Of a stretch of DNA of 64,000 nucleotides, positions 9,054 to 20,500 are shown in pieces (position 1 is the stretch's first letter; every line of letters begins with the position of its first letter). The stretch comes from Candidatus Micrarchaeia archaeon (GTDB taxonomy: Archaea > Micrarchaeota > Micrarchaeia > Anstonellales > Anstonellaceae), in assembly GCA_041659465.1 (NCBI GenBank), contig JBAZYD010000001.1, positions 4,281-68,280 on the forward strand, in the 5' to 3' direction. Under the pieces are notes generated by a model. It was not told where the DNA came from. It ran no database searches and worked only from the letters and a program-made list of their open reading frames with translations. The translations under genes were made by a program, and so were the position numbers.

Positions 9054-9239
9054 TGGAATGCGCAAGCTAGGCAATTCAAAGCCATCTTATTGCGCGCGCG
9101 ACAATCATAACGCGGACGGAAGTTCCGGGAACGTTGGCGGGCAACCACTGTTTTGAACCAAAATTTCCTAGGAAATGCACTGTGTGTCCGGCCAAGCGCA
9201 GCATTTCCGCTTGGAAGCCGTTTTTTCCTCGACGTGGGA

Positions 9240-9338
9240 ATTTGGGCGTTAGGTCGCCCGGACCATGTGCATTTTGCTGCGCAAAATGCATCAGACATCT
9301 TCGTTGCGACGAAGATGCTGAACGCACGGTCGGGGCGT
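9240..9338 (+). ncRNA. Structured element, copy 2 (GCATTTTGC-TGC-GCAAAATGC and CATCTTCGT-TGCG-ACGAAGATG hairpins), ending in a 13-nt copy of the tRNA-Asp 3' end (CGGTCGGGGCGTT)
   Basis: Diverged direct repeat of 7511-7596 with covarying stems. Its 3' flank duplicates nt 7442-7454 of tRNA-Asp. Confidence 0.5.
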
Positions 9339-9415
9339 TGGCTAAATGGTTAGGCTTTGAAATGCCAACGTCTGCTGGGCACTCTTTTTTATATGTTCTT
9401 TTTGCTTGTTAGCGC

Positions 9416-10198
9416 ATGCCAAAAGCCATTGTTTTCGACCTGGACGGGGTGGTATACCTGGGAGCGCAGGGGATTCCCGGCGTTGCAGCCGAGATTGCGC
9501 GGCTGCAGGAAAAGACAACGGTGCTTTTCCTCACCAACAACACGACAAAGGGAAGGATAGAGTATGTGCGCCACCTCGAGCGCTTCGGCATCAAGGCTAA
9601 TTCAAAGGATGTGATGACCTCGGCGTACGGATGCGCCTGCTACCTGGAGGACAAGTACGGCAGGGGCAGAAAAGTGCTTGTCATCGGGGAGTCGGGCCTG
9701 CGCTACGAGCTTGAGGGGGAGGCGATGGCTGAAATCGTGGAGGAAGGGGCGGAGTTTGTGGTGTGCGGCCTGGACAGGCAGCTCACATATGACAAGCTGG
9801 ACAAGGCGCTGCACAGCCTGGATGCGGGCGCTGCATTCATTCTTGCCAATTCCGACCCCACATTGCCGCGCGAGCATGGGGCATCGCCTGGCTCGGGCGC
9901 GATTGCGGCGTCGCTCATTTACGCAAGCGGAAGGAAGCCCGACGTGACAATAGGCAAGCCGTCGGCGTATCTCATCAACAAGCTGCTCCGGATGCATGGG
10001 ATTGCCGCGAAGGACGCTGTTTTTGTCGGCGACAGGCTGGACATTGACATCAGGATGGCGAACAAGGCAGGCATGAAATCCGTGCTTGTGCTTACAGGAG
10101 TTGCGAAAAAATCCGACCTGAAGCGCGCGCCAAAAGGCGACAAGCCGGACATTGTGGTAGCATCGGCCGCAGAGGTCGGCAAGGCGCTGGGGATTTGA
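9416..10198 (+). CDS. HAD-superfamily hydrolase, subfamily IIA (NagD / p-nitrophenyl-phosphatase-like)
   Basis: HAD motif I (FDLDGVVY), a TNNT motif II-like segment, and VGDRLDIDI (motif IV). Confidence 0.8.
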   Translation: MPKAIVFDLDGVVYLGAQGIPGVAAEIARLQEKTTVLFLTNNTTKGRIEYVRHLERFGIKANSKDVMTSAYGCACYLEDKYGRGRKVLVIGESGLRYELEGEAMAEIVEEGAEFVVCGLDRQLTYDKLDKALHSLDAGAAFILANSDPTLPREHGASPGSGAIAASLIYASGRKPDVTIGKPSAYLINKLLRMHGIAAKDAVFVGDRLDIDIRMANKAGMKSVLVLTGVAKKSDLKRAPKGDKPDIVVASAAEVGKALGI

Positions 10199-10749
10199 TG
10201 AAGGTCGTAATAATCCACGGATACGGGGGGCAGCCCATGAGTGGCTTTCGCCCGTGGCTCAAATCCGAGCTTGAGGCAAAAGGCTTTTCCGTCAGCGTGC
10301 CTGCCATGCCTTCCCCTGATGCGCCGCGCGCGGGGGAATGGATTGCAGCTATTGAAAAGGAAGTGGGCGATGCCGGGAAGGATTGCATCCTCGTGGGGCA
10401 CTCGCTTGGCTGCACCGCAATTCTCCGCTATCTTGGGCGCACTGAGGGGAAAGTGGCTGGCGCGGTGTTCGTGGCTGGGTTTGCAGGGAAGCTGGGCGGG
10501 GAATTTTCCGTGCTTGACAATTTCTTTGAAAAGCCGTTTGATTTTGCTGCCGTGAAAAAGGTGTGCCCTAAATTCGTTGCCATCTTCTCAGACAATGACC
10601 CTTATGTGCCGCTGTCGCAGGAAAAAATTTTCAGGAAGAGGCTTGGCGCAAAAACAATGGTGCTCCATGCGCGCGGGCATTTCTCGTCAAGCGAAGGCAC
10701 CGTGGAGCTGCCTGAGGCGCTTGAGGCTGTTTTGGAAATCGCGCGCTGA
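10195..10749 (+). CDS. Alpha/beta-hydrolase, RBBP9/YdeN-family serine hydrolase
   Basis: Nucleophile elbow GHSLG and the ~185-aa length. ATGA overlap with the upstream HAD gene. Confidence 0.7.
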   Translation: MMKVVIIHGYGGQPMSGFRPWLKSELEAKGFSVSVPAMPSPDAPRAGEWIAAIEKEVGDAGKDCILVGHSLGCTAILRYLGRTEGKVAGAVFVAGFAGKLGGEFSVLDNFFEKPFDFAAVKKVCPKFVAIFSDNDPYVPLSQEKIFRKRLGAKTMVLHARGHFSSSEGTVELPEALEAVLEIAR

Positions 10750-10866
10750 TTGTGCCCTGGCGGTTGGGGCAATGCCTTGGATGGCGCGCTGATTGTGCCA
10801 GAGGCGCCCGATGCAGTGCTCTGGATTGCAGATATGTTTCCCAGCGCTGCGCAGCCTCATCTGCTT

Positions 10867-11142
10867 TTACCTGAACAGGTCGCGCACAGCCTGCTCCACG
10901 TTCTCCTTTGTCTCCGCGTCGTGCTCGGCTGATGCCTGCGCGACGACCTCGGTGGTTGCAGGCGTGACCGCCTGGGCGGGAGGGGAATTCGACAGGAGCG
11001 CGCTGATGCTTATGCACACGCTTGCGCCGCACGAGGGGCAGCGCGCGGTGAGAGTGAGGTCTTCCACGGACAGGTCGGATGAGAAGTCAAACGAGTTGTT
11101 CGCGCCGCACTTGCAGGGGACGTATTTTTTCAGGGACACCAT
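10867..11142 (-). CDS. Small zinc-ribbon protein (C-x-C...C-x2-C)
   Basis: CKCG...CPSCG cysteine pairs. Function unknown. Confidence 0.45.
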   Translation of the reverse strand: MVSLKKYVPCKCGANNSFDFSSDLSVEDLTLTARCPSCGASVCISISALLSNSPPAQAVTPATTEVVAQASAEHDAETKENVEQAVRDLFR

Positions 11143-11176
11143 CAAACCACCACCTTGAATCAGTCTGCCATCATGC

Positions 11177-12352
11177 TCAATCCGCAACTATGAAATACCA
11201 CCAGGGAAGGGTCTGCTCCACTGTTTCGCTTGTCTCGGCATCCACCTTGGAGCTGACCTCGACGTCAAGGGGGATGAGCCCGAAGAGTATGCGCACTGTC
11301 CTTATCGACGTGACATTGAAGTATTTTTTCCCGCCTGCATAAAATTCCGTGGAGGATACCACGCGCTGCCTTGCCTGGACGGCGCTGCCGGGGGATTCCT
11401 GCGTGCCTGATGCGCCATAGCCGTCCTGCCCGGGCGCGCCATTTGCCGAGCCATGGCCGCTTTGCCCTGGCGCCACGCCATCGTCACCGGAGCCGCCAGG
11501 GGGGGCGGGCGGGGAATCGCCGGATGCGTGATTGGAATCGGATGCCGTGCCGGGCAGCAGGGGGCTGCCGGGCTGGGCTGATGCGCCGGGCTGCGGCTTT
11601 GAGGACGGCTTGCCTGCGCCTGCAAGCGCAAGGATTTCATTGTCGTCAAGCGCGCACTGGTAGAAGGAAATGCCGCTTATCGCTATGCCGCCGTCAGACA
11701 GGCGCATTTCGGTGGCAGGCACGAGCATGCCGCCGGCGGATAATTCGCCGCGCCAGCCGCTTGGCCGGAAAGCCACGGAGAATGCCGAGAACAGCCTGCT
11801 TCCGTCGTCATATTTTTCCGAGTAGGGCTTGCTTCCGGCAAGCGCGCCATCAAAGTAGATGCCGACCTTGCCGTTGGGCGAGCCCTCCCACGTCATGGCA
11901 ACAGAGTGCCATTCGCCTTCAGGGAATTTCACCGGGGAATACCAGGCATGGCGGTAGTCGGAGAGGGTGCCGCCATTGTCGATTATTATGGATGCCTCGG
12001 GAAAATTGCCTGCATCATAGCCGCTGTCAATTGCCCGCCTGTTGCCCCCTGCGCGGGCGCCCAGGCGCAGTATTTCAACCCCTTTGCCGGAGGAATAGAA
12101 CGTGTCAAAGAGGAGGGCTATGCGGCTGTCGTTTGTCTGGAATACCACGTGGTCGCGCCGTGGCGCGCCTTCCTGCAGGTAAACCCATGCAAAGGCCGTG
12201 CCCCCGTCCTTGCTTATCACCCCGTCAGACGGATATATTTTTTCCTCGTTTGGGAATGCTTTTGGCGAGGAGATGCAGGAGGACGGGAAGGCGAGCGATG
12301 ATGCCAGGGCAAGCGCGAGCAGAAAAGCAATGCAGCGGAATGGGTTTGCCAT
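11177..12352 (-). CDS. Secreted protein with a concanavalin-A/LamG-like jelly-roll domain, a Gly/Pro/Ser-rich linker and a C-terminal domain
   Basis: Signal peptide MANPFRCIAFLLALALASSLAFPSSC. The segment WHSVAMTWEG...GKVGIYFDGALAG is a typical LamG-like core. The linker is low-complexity and PGS-rich. Confidence 0.55.
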   Translation of the reverse strand: MANPFRCIAFLLALALASSLAFPSSCISSPKAFPNEEKIYPSDGVISKDGGTAFAWVYLQEGAPRRDHVVFQTNDSRIALLFDTFYSSGKGVEILRLGARAGGNRRAIDSGYDAGNFPEASIIIDNGGTLSDYRHAWYSPVKFPEGEWHSVAMTWEGSPNGKVGIYFDGALAGSKPYSEKYDDGSRLFSAFSVAFRPSGWRGELSAGGMLVPATEMRLSDGGIAISGISFYQCALDDNEILALAGAGKPSSKPQPGASAQPGSPLLPGTASDSNHASGDSPPAPPGGSGDDGVAPGQSGHGSANGAPGQDGYGASGTQESPGSAVQARQRVVSSTEFYAGGKKYFNVTSIRTVRILFGLIPLDVEVSSKVDAETSETVEQTLPWWYFIVAD

Positions 12353-12387
12353 GGAAGGGTTTCCAGGGCAGAAAATAAAAAGGCACA

Positions 12388-14142
12388 TCACTCTACCGTT
12401 ACAGATTTTGCCAAATTGCGCGGCTTGTCGGGGTCCTTTTTCATTTTCACCGCCATGTAGTATGCAAGGAGCTGGAGGGGCACGGCGTAGACTATGGGGA
12501 TGGCAATGGATGGCACGGAAGGCATCCTGAAGGAAAGCGCGCTTTTGCCCAATGCCGACTCGCTGTCGGAAAAGGCGACGAGAAGCGCGTCGCGCGCGGC
12601 GCATTCGCTCATGCTGGATATTGTCTTTTGAAGCGACTCGTCGCTCGGGGCGAGGGCCACCACCACGACATCCTTTTGCAGGAGGGAAAGCGGGCCGTGC
12701 TTGAGCTCGCCTGCCGCGTATGCCTCTGCGTGCAGGTAGGTGATTTCCTTCATCTTGAGAGCGCCCTCAAGCGCGGACGGGAAGGAAAGCGAGCGGCCTA
12801 TGAAGAAGAAGTCCTTGTGCGCGACCAGCTTGCCTGCGAGCGCCTCAAGCTCGCCTGCGCGGGAAAGGATTTGCTCTATCGCTTCGGATGCGTCAGAGAG
12901 CTGCAAAAGCCCCTGCTTTTCGCCGGAAAGCGAAAGCGCGATTTTTGAAAGCACCGCCACCTGCGAGGTGAAGGACTTGGTCGCCACCACCGCAATCTCG
13001 GGGCCGGCGGCGATGTTCACGCATGCGTCGGATTCGCGCCAAAGCGAGCTTCCTGTCACGTTTGTGATGCCGATTATTTTTGCCCCGCCTTTCCTCGCAA
13101 GGCGCACCGCTGAAAGCGTGTCCGCAGTCTCCCCCGACTGCGAAATCGCCACAACGACTCTCTCCTTGCCCGTGCGCGCATATGCGAATTCCGAGCCGAT
13201 TATCACGTCGCAGTTCACTGCGCCGCGGGACTGGAGGAGCTGCTTGAAGACAAGCCCTGCGTAATAGGAGGTGCCGCAGGCGACCACTGCCACCTGCTGC
13301 TGGTTGCGCAGGAGCGCGACCGCGGCAGAGGCATCCGCGGCAAGGGCTTCGCGCATCTTCCCCCCCTGCTCGTGTATCTCCTTTAGCATGAAATGCGCAA
13401 AGCCCTCCTTTTCCGCCATCGCGGCGGTCCAGGCGACAGTGTGCACTTTGCGCCTTGCTTTCTTTCCGCTGTTCCTTATCTCGTAGCCCTCGCGCGTGAA
13501 GCGCACCAGGTCGCCGTCCTCCACGTAGATTACGCGCTTCGTGTACTCGAGGAGCGCGGGGACGTCGGATGCGCAGAACATCTCGCCCTTGCCGATGCCC
13601 AGGATGAGCGGCGGGCCGTTCCTGGAGAGGTAGATGGCCTCCTCGCCCTGGTGCATGCACACGAGGGACCAGGAGCCCGAAAGCTTTGCAACTGCGTTCG
13701 AGAATGCGGCGCCAAAATCCTTCGTTGCCTTGCTTTCCTCCTCCACAAGGTGCGCAATCACCTCGGTATCGGTTTCGGATGCGAACTTGTGCCCCTTGCG
13801 CGAGAGCGCCGTGCGCAGCGAATCGAAATTCTCGATGACGCCGTTGTGCACGAGGTGGATTTTTCCGGAAGAATCGGCGTGCGGGTGCGCGTTTTCCTGC
13901 GTGACGCCGCCGTGCGTCGCCCAGCGCGTGTGCCCTATGCCCATGCTGCCCTCAAGCCGGAGGAAGTTTTGCCTTGCGTGGATGTCGTCTATCCTCCCTA
14001 TGTCCTTTATCGAGGAGATACTGCTGCCCGACACCGTGGCGATGCCTGCGGAGTCGTAGCCGCGGTATTCGAGCTTCTGAAGCCCCCTGAAGATGACCTC
14101 GGAGGCTTTCCGAAAGCCTATGTAGCCGATTATCCCGCACAT
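12388..14142 (-). CDS. glmS: Glutamine--fructose-6-phosphate aminotransferase (isomerising)
   Basis: N-terminal MCGIIGY (Ntn glutamine amidotransferase) followed by two SIS domains. 584 aa. Confidence 0.93.
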   Translation of the reverse strand: MCGIIGYIGFRKASEVIFRGLQKLEYRGYDSAGIATVSGSSISSIKDIGRIDDIHARQNFLRLEGSMGIGHTRWATHGGVTQENAHPHADSSGKIHLVHNGVIENFDSLRTALSRKGHKFASETDTEVIAHLVEEESKATKDFGAAFSNAVAKLSGSWSLVCMHQGEEAIYLSRNGPPLILGIGKGEMFCASDVPALLEYTKRVIYVEDGDLVRFTREGYEIRNSGKKARRKVHTVAWTAAMAEKEGFAHFMLKEIHEQGGKMREALAADASAAVALLRNQQQVAVVACGTSYYAGLVFKQLLQSRGAVNCDVIIGSEFAYARTGKERVVVAISQSGETADTLSAVRLARKGGAKIIGITNVTGSSLWRESDACVNIAAGPEIAVVATKSFTSQVAVLSKIALSLSGEKQGLLQLSDASEAIEQILSRAGELEALAGKLVAHKDFFFIGRSLSFPSALEGALKMKEITYLHAEAYAAGELKHGPLSLLQKDVVVVALAPSDESLQKTISSMSECAARDALLVAFSDSESALGKSALSFRMPSVPSIAIPIVYAVPLQLLAYYMAVKMKKDPDKPRNLAKSVTVE

Positions 14143-14164
14143 GGAAATACCCGTCCCAAACCCT

Positions 14165-14359
14165 TCAGATTTTTTCGCCGAGGGCGAATGTCCTTTTCAC
14201 GGACGTTATCCTTACCTTCGCCTTCTCGCCGACAATCCCGCCGGCAACAAAAACCACGAACCCTTCGACATGGGCGATGCCGTCCCCCTTGGCGCCTTTT
14301 GCGTCGATGGTGACAACGTACTCCTTGCCCTCCTCAACCGGGCGTCCAATGCCGTCCAT
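14165..14359 (-). CDS. TRAM-domain protein (small, stand-alone)
   Basis: The ~64-aa product contains GKEYVVTIDAKGAKGDGIAHVEGFVVFVAGGIVGEKAKVRI, which is the TRAM fold pattern. Confidence 0.7.
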   Translation of the reverse strand: MDGIGRPVEEGKEYVVTIDAKGAKGDGIAHVEGFVVFVAGGIVGEKAKVRITSVKRTFALGEKI

Positions 14360-14473
14360 GCGCCCACCTCCCATCCAGTCTTCCGCGCCATTATTAATAA
14401 ATCATTACCCGGGCAGGCGCCCGCATCCGCGCGGGGAGGGGAATGCTGCAGGGGCGGGGCAGCATGGCGCAAA

Positions 14474-14545
14474 TATGCCGCAGGCGGCACCCTATATGCC
14501 GCAGGCGGCACTATATGTCACATATATAAATATTAAGTGCGATTT
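14474..14545 (+). promoter_or_regulatory. Promoter region of the giant surface-protein gene: two tandem copies of TATGCCGCAGGCGGCAC followed by a TATA-like box (ATATATAAATATTAAG) about 30 bp upstream of the ATG
   Basis: Exact 17-bp direct repeat at ~14476-14492 and ~14497-14513. An A/T-rich box lies immediately upstream of the 14566 start. Confidence 0.5.
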
Positions 14546-14565
14546 TTGGAGCAAGGCGACTGCAA

Positions 14566-17500
14566 ATGAGCGATTCCGCACAAATAGGCAAGGCATGCCT
14601 TAGTGGCAACCCTGAAGCGCGCGGCCTTTCCGCGCATTTTTCCCCATTTTTTGTTTTTTTCGCATCCCTGCTGCTGTTTTCAGGAGCCGTGCATGCCGCC
14701 TGCCCCGGAACGGTGTCTGCGGACTACAACATGACCCAGAACGAGACTGCCACCACTACCGCCTGCATAGTCGCCGGCACGGCAGGCATAACAGTCGACT
14801 GCCAGGGGTTCACCATCACACTCAACGGGGGCTCGGCAGTGCCGGCAATCGACGTCAACAGCCAGAACATCACCATCAGGAACTGCGTCATTGCGGAAAC
14901 CAGCGCGACCAACGTGGCATGGGGGGCGCTCCACCTCCGCGCCACCGCCAACAACACCACGGTGACGAACACCAACATAAGCTCGGCCGGCCATTATGCC
15001 ATCTACGCCCTTTCAAGCTACAATAGCTTCACGGACGTGAGGGCGCTCGCCACCACCCAGAACGTCGGCGCAGTGAGGTTCGACGCAAGCAGCTTCAACC
15101 ACCTGGCGAACATGGTGATAAACAAGACGGCAACCGCGAACACGTATGCGCTTTACTGGAACACAGGCGACTCGAACGCGCTTGACAACGTTTTCGCGGA
15201 CGGGTCGGCCGCAGGGACGGCCAAATACGGGGCCTACCTGAACACATTCACCAATGGCAATCTCACCAACTGCGAGTTCAACTCGCTCACCAACTATGCA
15301 GTGTGGCTGACAGGCGGCTCGACAGGGAACAATTTTTCAGCCCCCCAGATAAACACCTCGGGCACTGCGGCCGCGCACGGGTTCTACATCGACTTGTCGT
15401 CTGGCAACAGCATAAGCGACGCCAGCATCAACTCCAGCGGGGTCGGGATATACATCGTCTCAAGCTCCGGCGCGACCAACATCCAGAGGGCGTGGATAAA
15501 CTCCACTGCTAGCTCGGGGATATACATACAGGCGAGCGTGGCATCCGACGCCAACATCATAAACGGAAGCACGGTGAATGCGCTCAACTACCCGCTGTGG
15601 GTGCACCAAAGCTCGTACAACCTCGTGTACAACTCCACGTTCATAAGCGCCGCAGGGCATGCATTCTACACTGACACGGGCACCAACGGCAATGTCTTTG
15701 TCAACAACACGTTCCAGAGCAGGTTCACAACCACTGGCTACTATGGCATGTACTTCGTCTCCGACTCGTCGTACAACCTCATTGAGAACAATACCATATG
15801 GTCGCCCACGTATTACGCCATATATTTCGGCATGAGCAGCAGCTACAACAACATAAGCAGGAACAGCATAACCGCCTCGGCAAACGCAGGCTACGGGGTG
15901 ACGTTTGCGGCAATACCCGCCGACAACAACCAGGTGATAGAGAACAACATAGTGGCGAACGGGTTCGGGATACAGATAATGGGGGATTACAACAACGTGA
16001 GCGGCAACAACGTGGTTTCCAACGCCTCGTCGGGAATCTACCTCTACCTGTCCAATTACAACACGCTGGAAAGCAACAACGTGACTGCGGTGAACAACGG
16101 GATTTACCTCTACACCAGCACCTACAACAACATCACGAACAGCAACTACACGACCAACTCGTCCTACACCGCGTACCTTGCGACCAATGCCGATTACAAC
16201 CGCTTCGCGGGCAACGTGTTCAACCAGACAAGCGGGACTGCGCTCGACGCAAGGATTGGCACCTACATAGTCACCTCCAACTACAACTGGTTCGAGAACG
16301 GCACGATATGGACGTATGGCAGCGACGCGGTGAGGGTAACCACCAGCGCGAACAACAACGTCTTCAGCAACAACATCGTCTACACCAACGCCACCAACTA
16401 CTACGGCGTCCAGGTGACCACCAACTGCCAGTACAACCAGTTCAACGGCAACAACATAACCTCGGAGAAGGGGTATGGCGTGCTGGTGACAACCACCTCG
16501 AAGTACAACACGTTCAACGGGGGCTTCGTGGACGCCTACAGGCAGACGGGCATCACGGTGCAGACCTCGTCCACCTACAACAACTTCTCCAACATGAACG
16601 TGCGCACAGGCATAAACGCCAACGGCGGGTACGGGCTTTACCTGACAGGCTCGGCAAACAACAACAAGTTCACCAACATGACATTCGCCTCGAATGCCAC
16701 CTATTGCGCCTACCTTTACAACGTGGCGAACAACAACGAGTTTTCCAACGTTTCCTTCTTCTCAAACACGTCCATCGCAATCTACATGCTCCAGAACGTG
16801 CAGGGCAACGTGTTTAGGAACTTTTCCGCGACCTCGAACAACACCTACGCGCTGGACCTGAACGGCAACGGCAACGTGGTCAACTACAACTCGTTCAGGC
16901 ACGGGTACCTCCAGAGCAACTCCACGGCAGGCGGGACCGCGGCGCTGTACCTTTACAACGCGGTGAACTACAACAACTTCACCAACATGACAATCACCAA
17001 CCTGGGCGGCATGGGCGTGTACTTTTACGTGGCTGCCAACAACATATTCAACAACACCACGATAAACGCCGGCCCGCTGACAAACGCATACGGCATGCAG
17101 CTGCAGACGCTCTCGCAGAACAACCAGTTGGTGAATTCCGTGATAAACACCGCCGCGCCCATAGTGAGCGGCGGCTATGACATGGTGATAGGGAACTTGG
17201 CGGCCCAGCCTTCCAGCCTGGTCGCGACAAACACCTCGTTCGACACCATGAGCGGGGTGAACATACCCAATGTGGACACCAATTCCTACCTGAACCTCAC
17301 ATGGTACCTGAGGGCAAACGTCTCAAGCCTTGCAGGCGCCCCGGTGGAGGGCACAAGCGTGGCCATCTACAACGCAAACGGGGCATTGGTCTCGAACAAC
17401 GCCACCGACTCGTCCGGGCTCACCCCCTGGGTGGCGGCCATGCAGTACAAGCAGACGCAGTCGGGCTCCGGCCCGTATATCTATACATTATTCTATCCGT

Positions 17501-20500
17501 ACAACTTCACAGCCACCATAGGGGCGGTGTCAATGAACGACACGCTCCCCACGCTCACCGCAAGCACGGTGAAAAGCATAAGCATGAACGCCACGGCATG
17601 CGGGGTGCTCTCGTCGGATTACACGCTCACCAACCCTGTCTACGGAGGCACGGACTGCTTCACCGCGGCCGCATACGGGCTGACGCTGGACTGCAACGGG
17701 TATGCGGTGAACTACTCGCGCACGGGCGCGGGATGCGGGCTGGCCATCGGCTCGTTCACGAACATAACCGCAAGGAACTGCGCGTTCGCGCAGGGCGCCT
17801 TCAACTCCTCCTCATCCGCATCGGTGTGCCTCTCGTCGTATGCCAATGCCACCATCGCAAACAGCACGTTCTCAACGCAGGGGGGCGCGAACGGCTATGC
17901 GTTCTCCCTGTCGGACAGCTTCGCAACCGCGCTCAACGACAGCTTCGCATACTCAAGCGCCCTTGTGTCGGGCGCGTCGCTCCTCCACAGGAAGTGGTAT
18001 GTCTCCACCAACGTCACCGACCTTGCAGGGAACCAGGTGATGTCCGCCAGCCTGAATATCACGGATGCGCAAAACACGACCATCGGCCCGCTTGCGGTCT
18101 CGTACGGCGCGGCAAGCGTGCCGCCGCTGACGCAGTACATGCAGGGCGCATCGGGCGCGACGTATTACAGCAACTACAGCTTCTATTCATGGGTGGGCAA
18201 CTCCAACAGGACGGTCCAGCTGAACCTCACCACGAACTCCGTGGTATCCATCCCGATAAACGCCTCCACCTGCGGGGTGTTCACAGCATCGATGACGCTG
18301 AAGAACGGCATCTACTCCCCGGGAACCTGCCTGGTGGCCGGGGCGCACTCGCTTACCGTGAACTGCAACGGCTACTCCATCAACTACTCGCAGGCGGGCA
18401 ACGGGCACTATGGCATCGACACGGCGGGGTACAACAACATAGAGGCAATCAACTGCTCGTTCGTGTCCGGCAATGCAAGCGCCGCTGATTCCTATGCGGT
18501 GTACATCAACAATTCGGCCGACTTCAGGCTGCACAATTCCACCGTGGAGGGGAGGGCGGCAAGGCTCAACACCACCTCCCAGGCGCAGTTCATAGGCACC
18601 AGGTTCGACAACGGGACCGTGGACTACTCGGACGCCTTAAGCACGCTGACCTCGAAGCAGTATGCGTACGTGCATGCCATAGGGCTTGCGGGCGAGAGCG
18701 TCAACGGCTCGGCCGTGAACGCCACGGACGCGTTCGGGAGCGTGGCGGCAAGCGGCACCACGGACGGGAACGGCACGGTCACGTTCCTGCTCACGCAGTT
18801 TGTCCAGGACCTTTCCGGGCTTGTCCCGTACGACCCCTACAACTTCACTGCGGCGCACCCTGAAACGCAGGTCGTGAATTACACCTACACCCCCATGAAC
18901 GAGAGCAAGGACGTGACAATCGGCCTGATTTCGGCAAACATCGCGATAGACTCGCCCAATGCCGGGCAGATTTTCATCCAGGGCGACCCTGTCCAGGGCG
19001 GGCCTGTGAACATCGTGGTGAACGAGACTAGGGGGCAGGGGTGGATAGACAACGTCACGGTGCAGGTGCAAGGCGACCCGTTCAACTACACCTATCAGGC
19101 AGTGGAGGTATCGCCCAACCAGTGGGGGTACAACTACACCATAGACCTGAGCCAGGTGTCGGCCACGCTCACCATAGTGGCAAGGGGATACAACGGCACT
19201 GCGTTCGTGAGCGCTACCCGTGATTTCGTGGTCACCCGCTCCTCGGGCTCGGGCGTGCTGCCACCCGTCGTAAGCTATTTCTGCCCCGACTACACCTACC
19301 TCAAGGCGAACAGCACGGAAAACATAAGCATATCCGCGGACCTTGACACCGTGCTTTACAGCATGAGCCTCAACGTCACCTACCCGAACGGGTCAAGCTC
19401 GCTCCTGTCGCCCATTGCCTCGTCATCCGGAAGCGACTATGTCTACAACAGGACATGGCAGCTTTCAATCAACCAGACAGGGAACTATACCCTGTATGCC
19501 ACCGTCACGGACGTGAACGGCAACAACGCCAATTCCACGAGGCGCATATATTCGGTGCCGCAGAACGTGACTGCGAGCCTGTCGGCAAACGGGCCTGACG
19601 CGCTTTACATGAACGACGTGTGCAGCGGGCGCACGCTGTTTTCCGGGGCCAACCTGACAGGGGTGTCGGTTGCGCCGGGGAATTACACCATGGTTGCGGA
19701 GGAGTACGGCCGCGCCAAGCTCTCGTTTTTGGACTTCAACGTGACCTCGGCAAGCGGCGTGTTCCTCAACTACTCCCGCGAATCCGCCGTGGGGCTTCTC
19801 CCGCCCACCAACAGGAGGAACGTATTGCTGTTCTCGACCCATGTGCTGGGCGGCAGGTTCAGCTCAGTGGACGTGCGCATGAACTACAGCTCTGAGGCAG
19901 GCAGCCTGGTTGCGGAATACAGCCTGGACGCGTATGCCTGCGCGGACTTCTACAACTGCACCTGGTCGGCCATGAACTACACGCTCAGCGTGCCTGCCAA
20001 GATAATGAACGCCAGCGTCTCCAACCTGAGCGGGCTCTACGGGATATTCGAGCCTGCATACCAGGACCCCATAATCATCCCAATCAACGTGGTGCCGCCG
20101 CAGGTGGCGCTGCTTGCGCCAAGCCCCTCGTACGCAATCGCCAACTCGACCATCACGGTGTACCTCAATGCGGACCTGGACGCGAACTTGTCTGGGGCAT
20201 GGGTCAACATCACCTACCCCGGCGGCTCGGCAGCCAACCTGACCAACCTGACATTCTCGAACGGCACGGGCTACACGTACAACCTCACCTACTCGTTCGT
20301 GGCGAACGAGACAGGAACATATTACATATCCGCGCGCGTGAACGACACCTACCACCAGAATGGCACGGCAATCGCGCAGGCGCACGTGCTGGCGGCTGCG
20401 CAGGAAGTGAACATCACGTCCTACGGCGTGGTTTCCTCGCTTCTCCTCGACCAGGGGATAGGCGCAACCGTGCTTTCAGGCGCGGGCTCCATGTCGGGAA

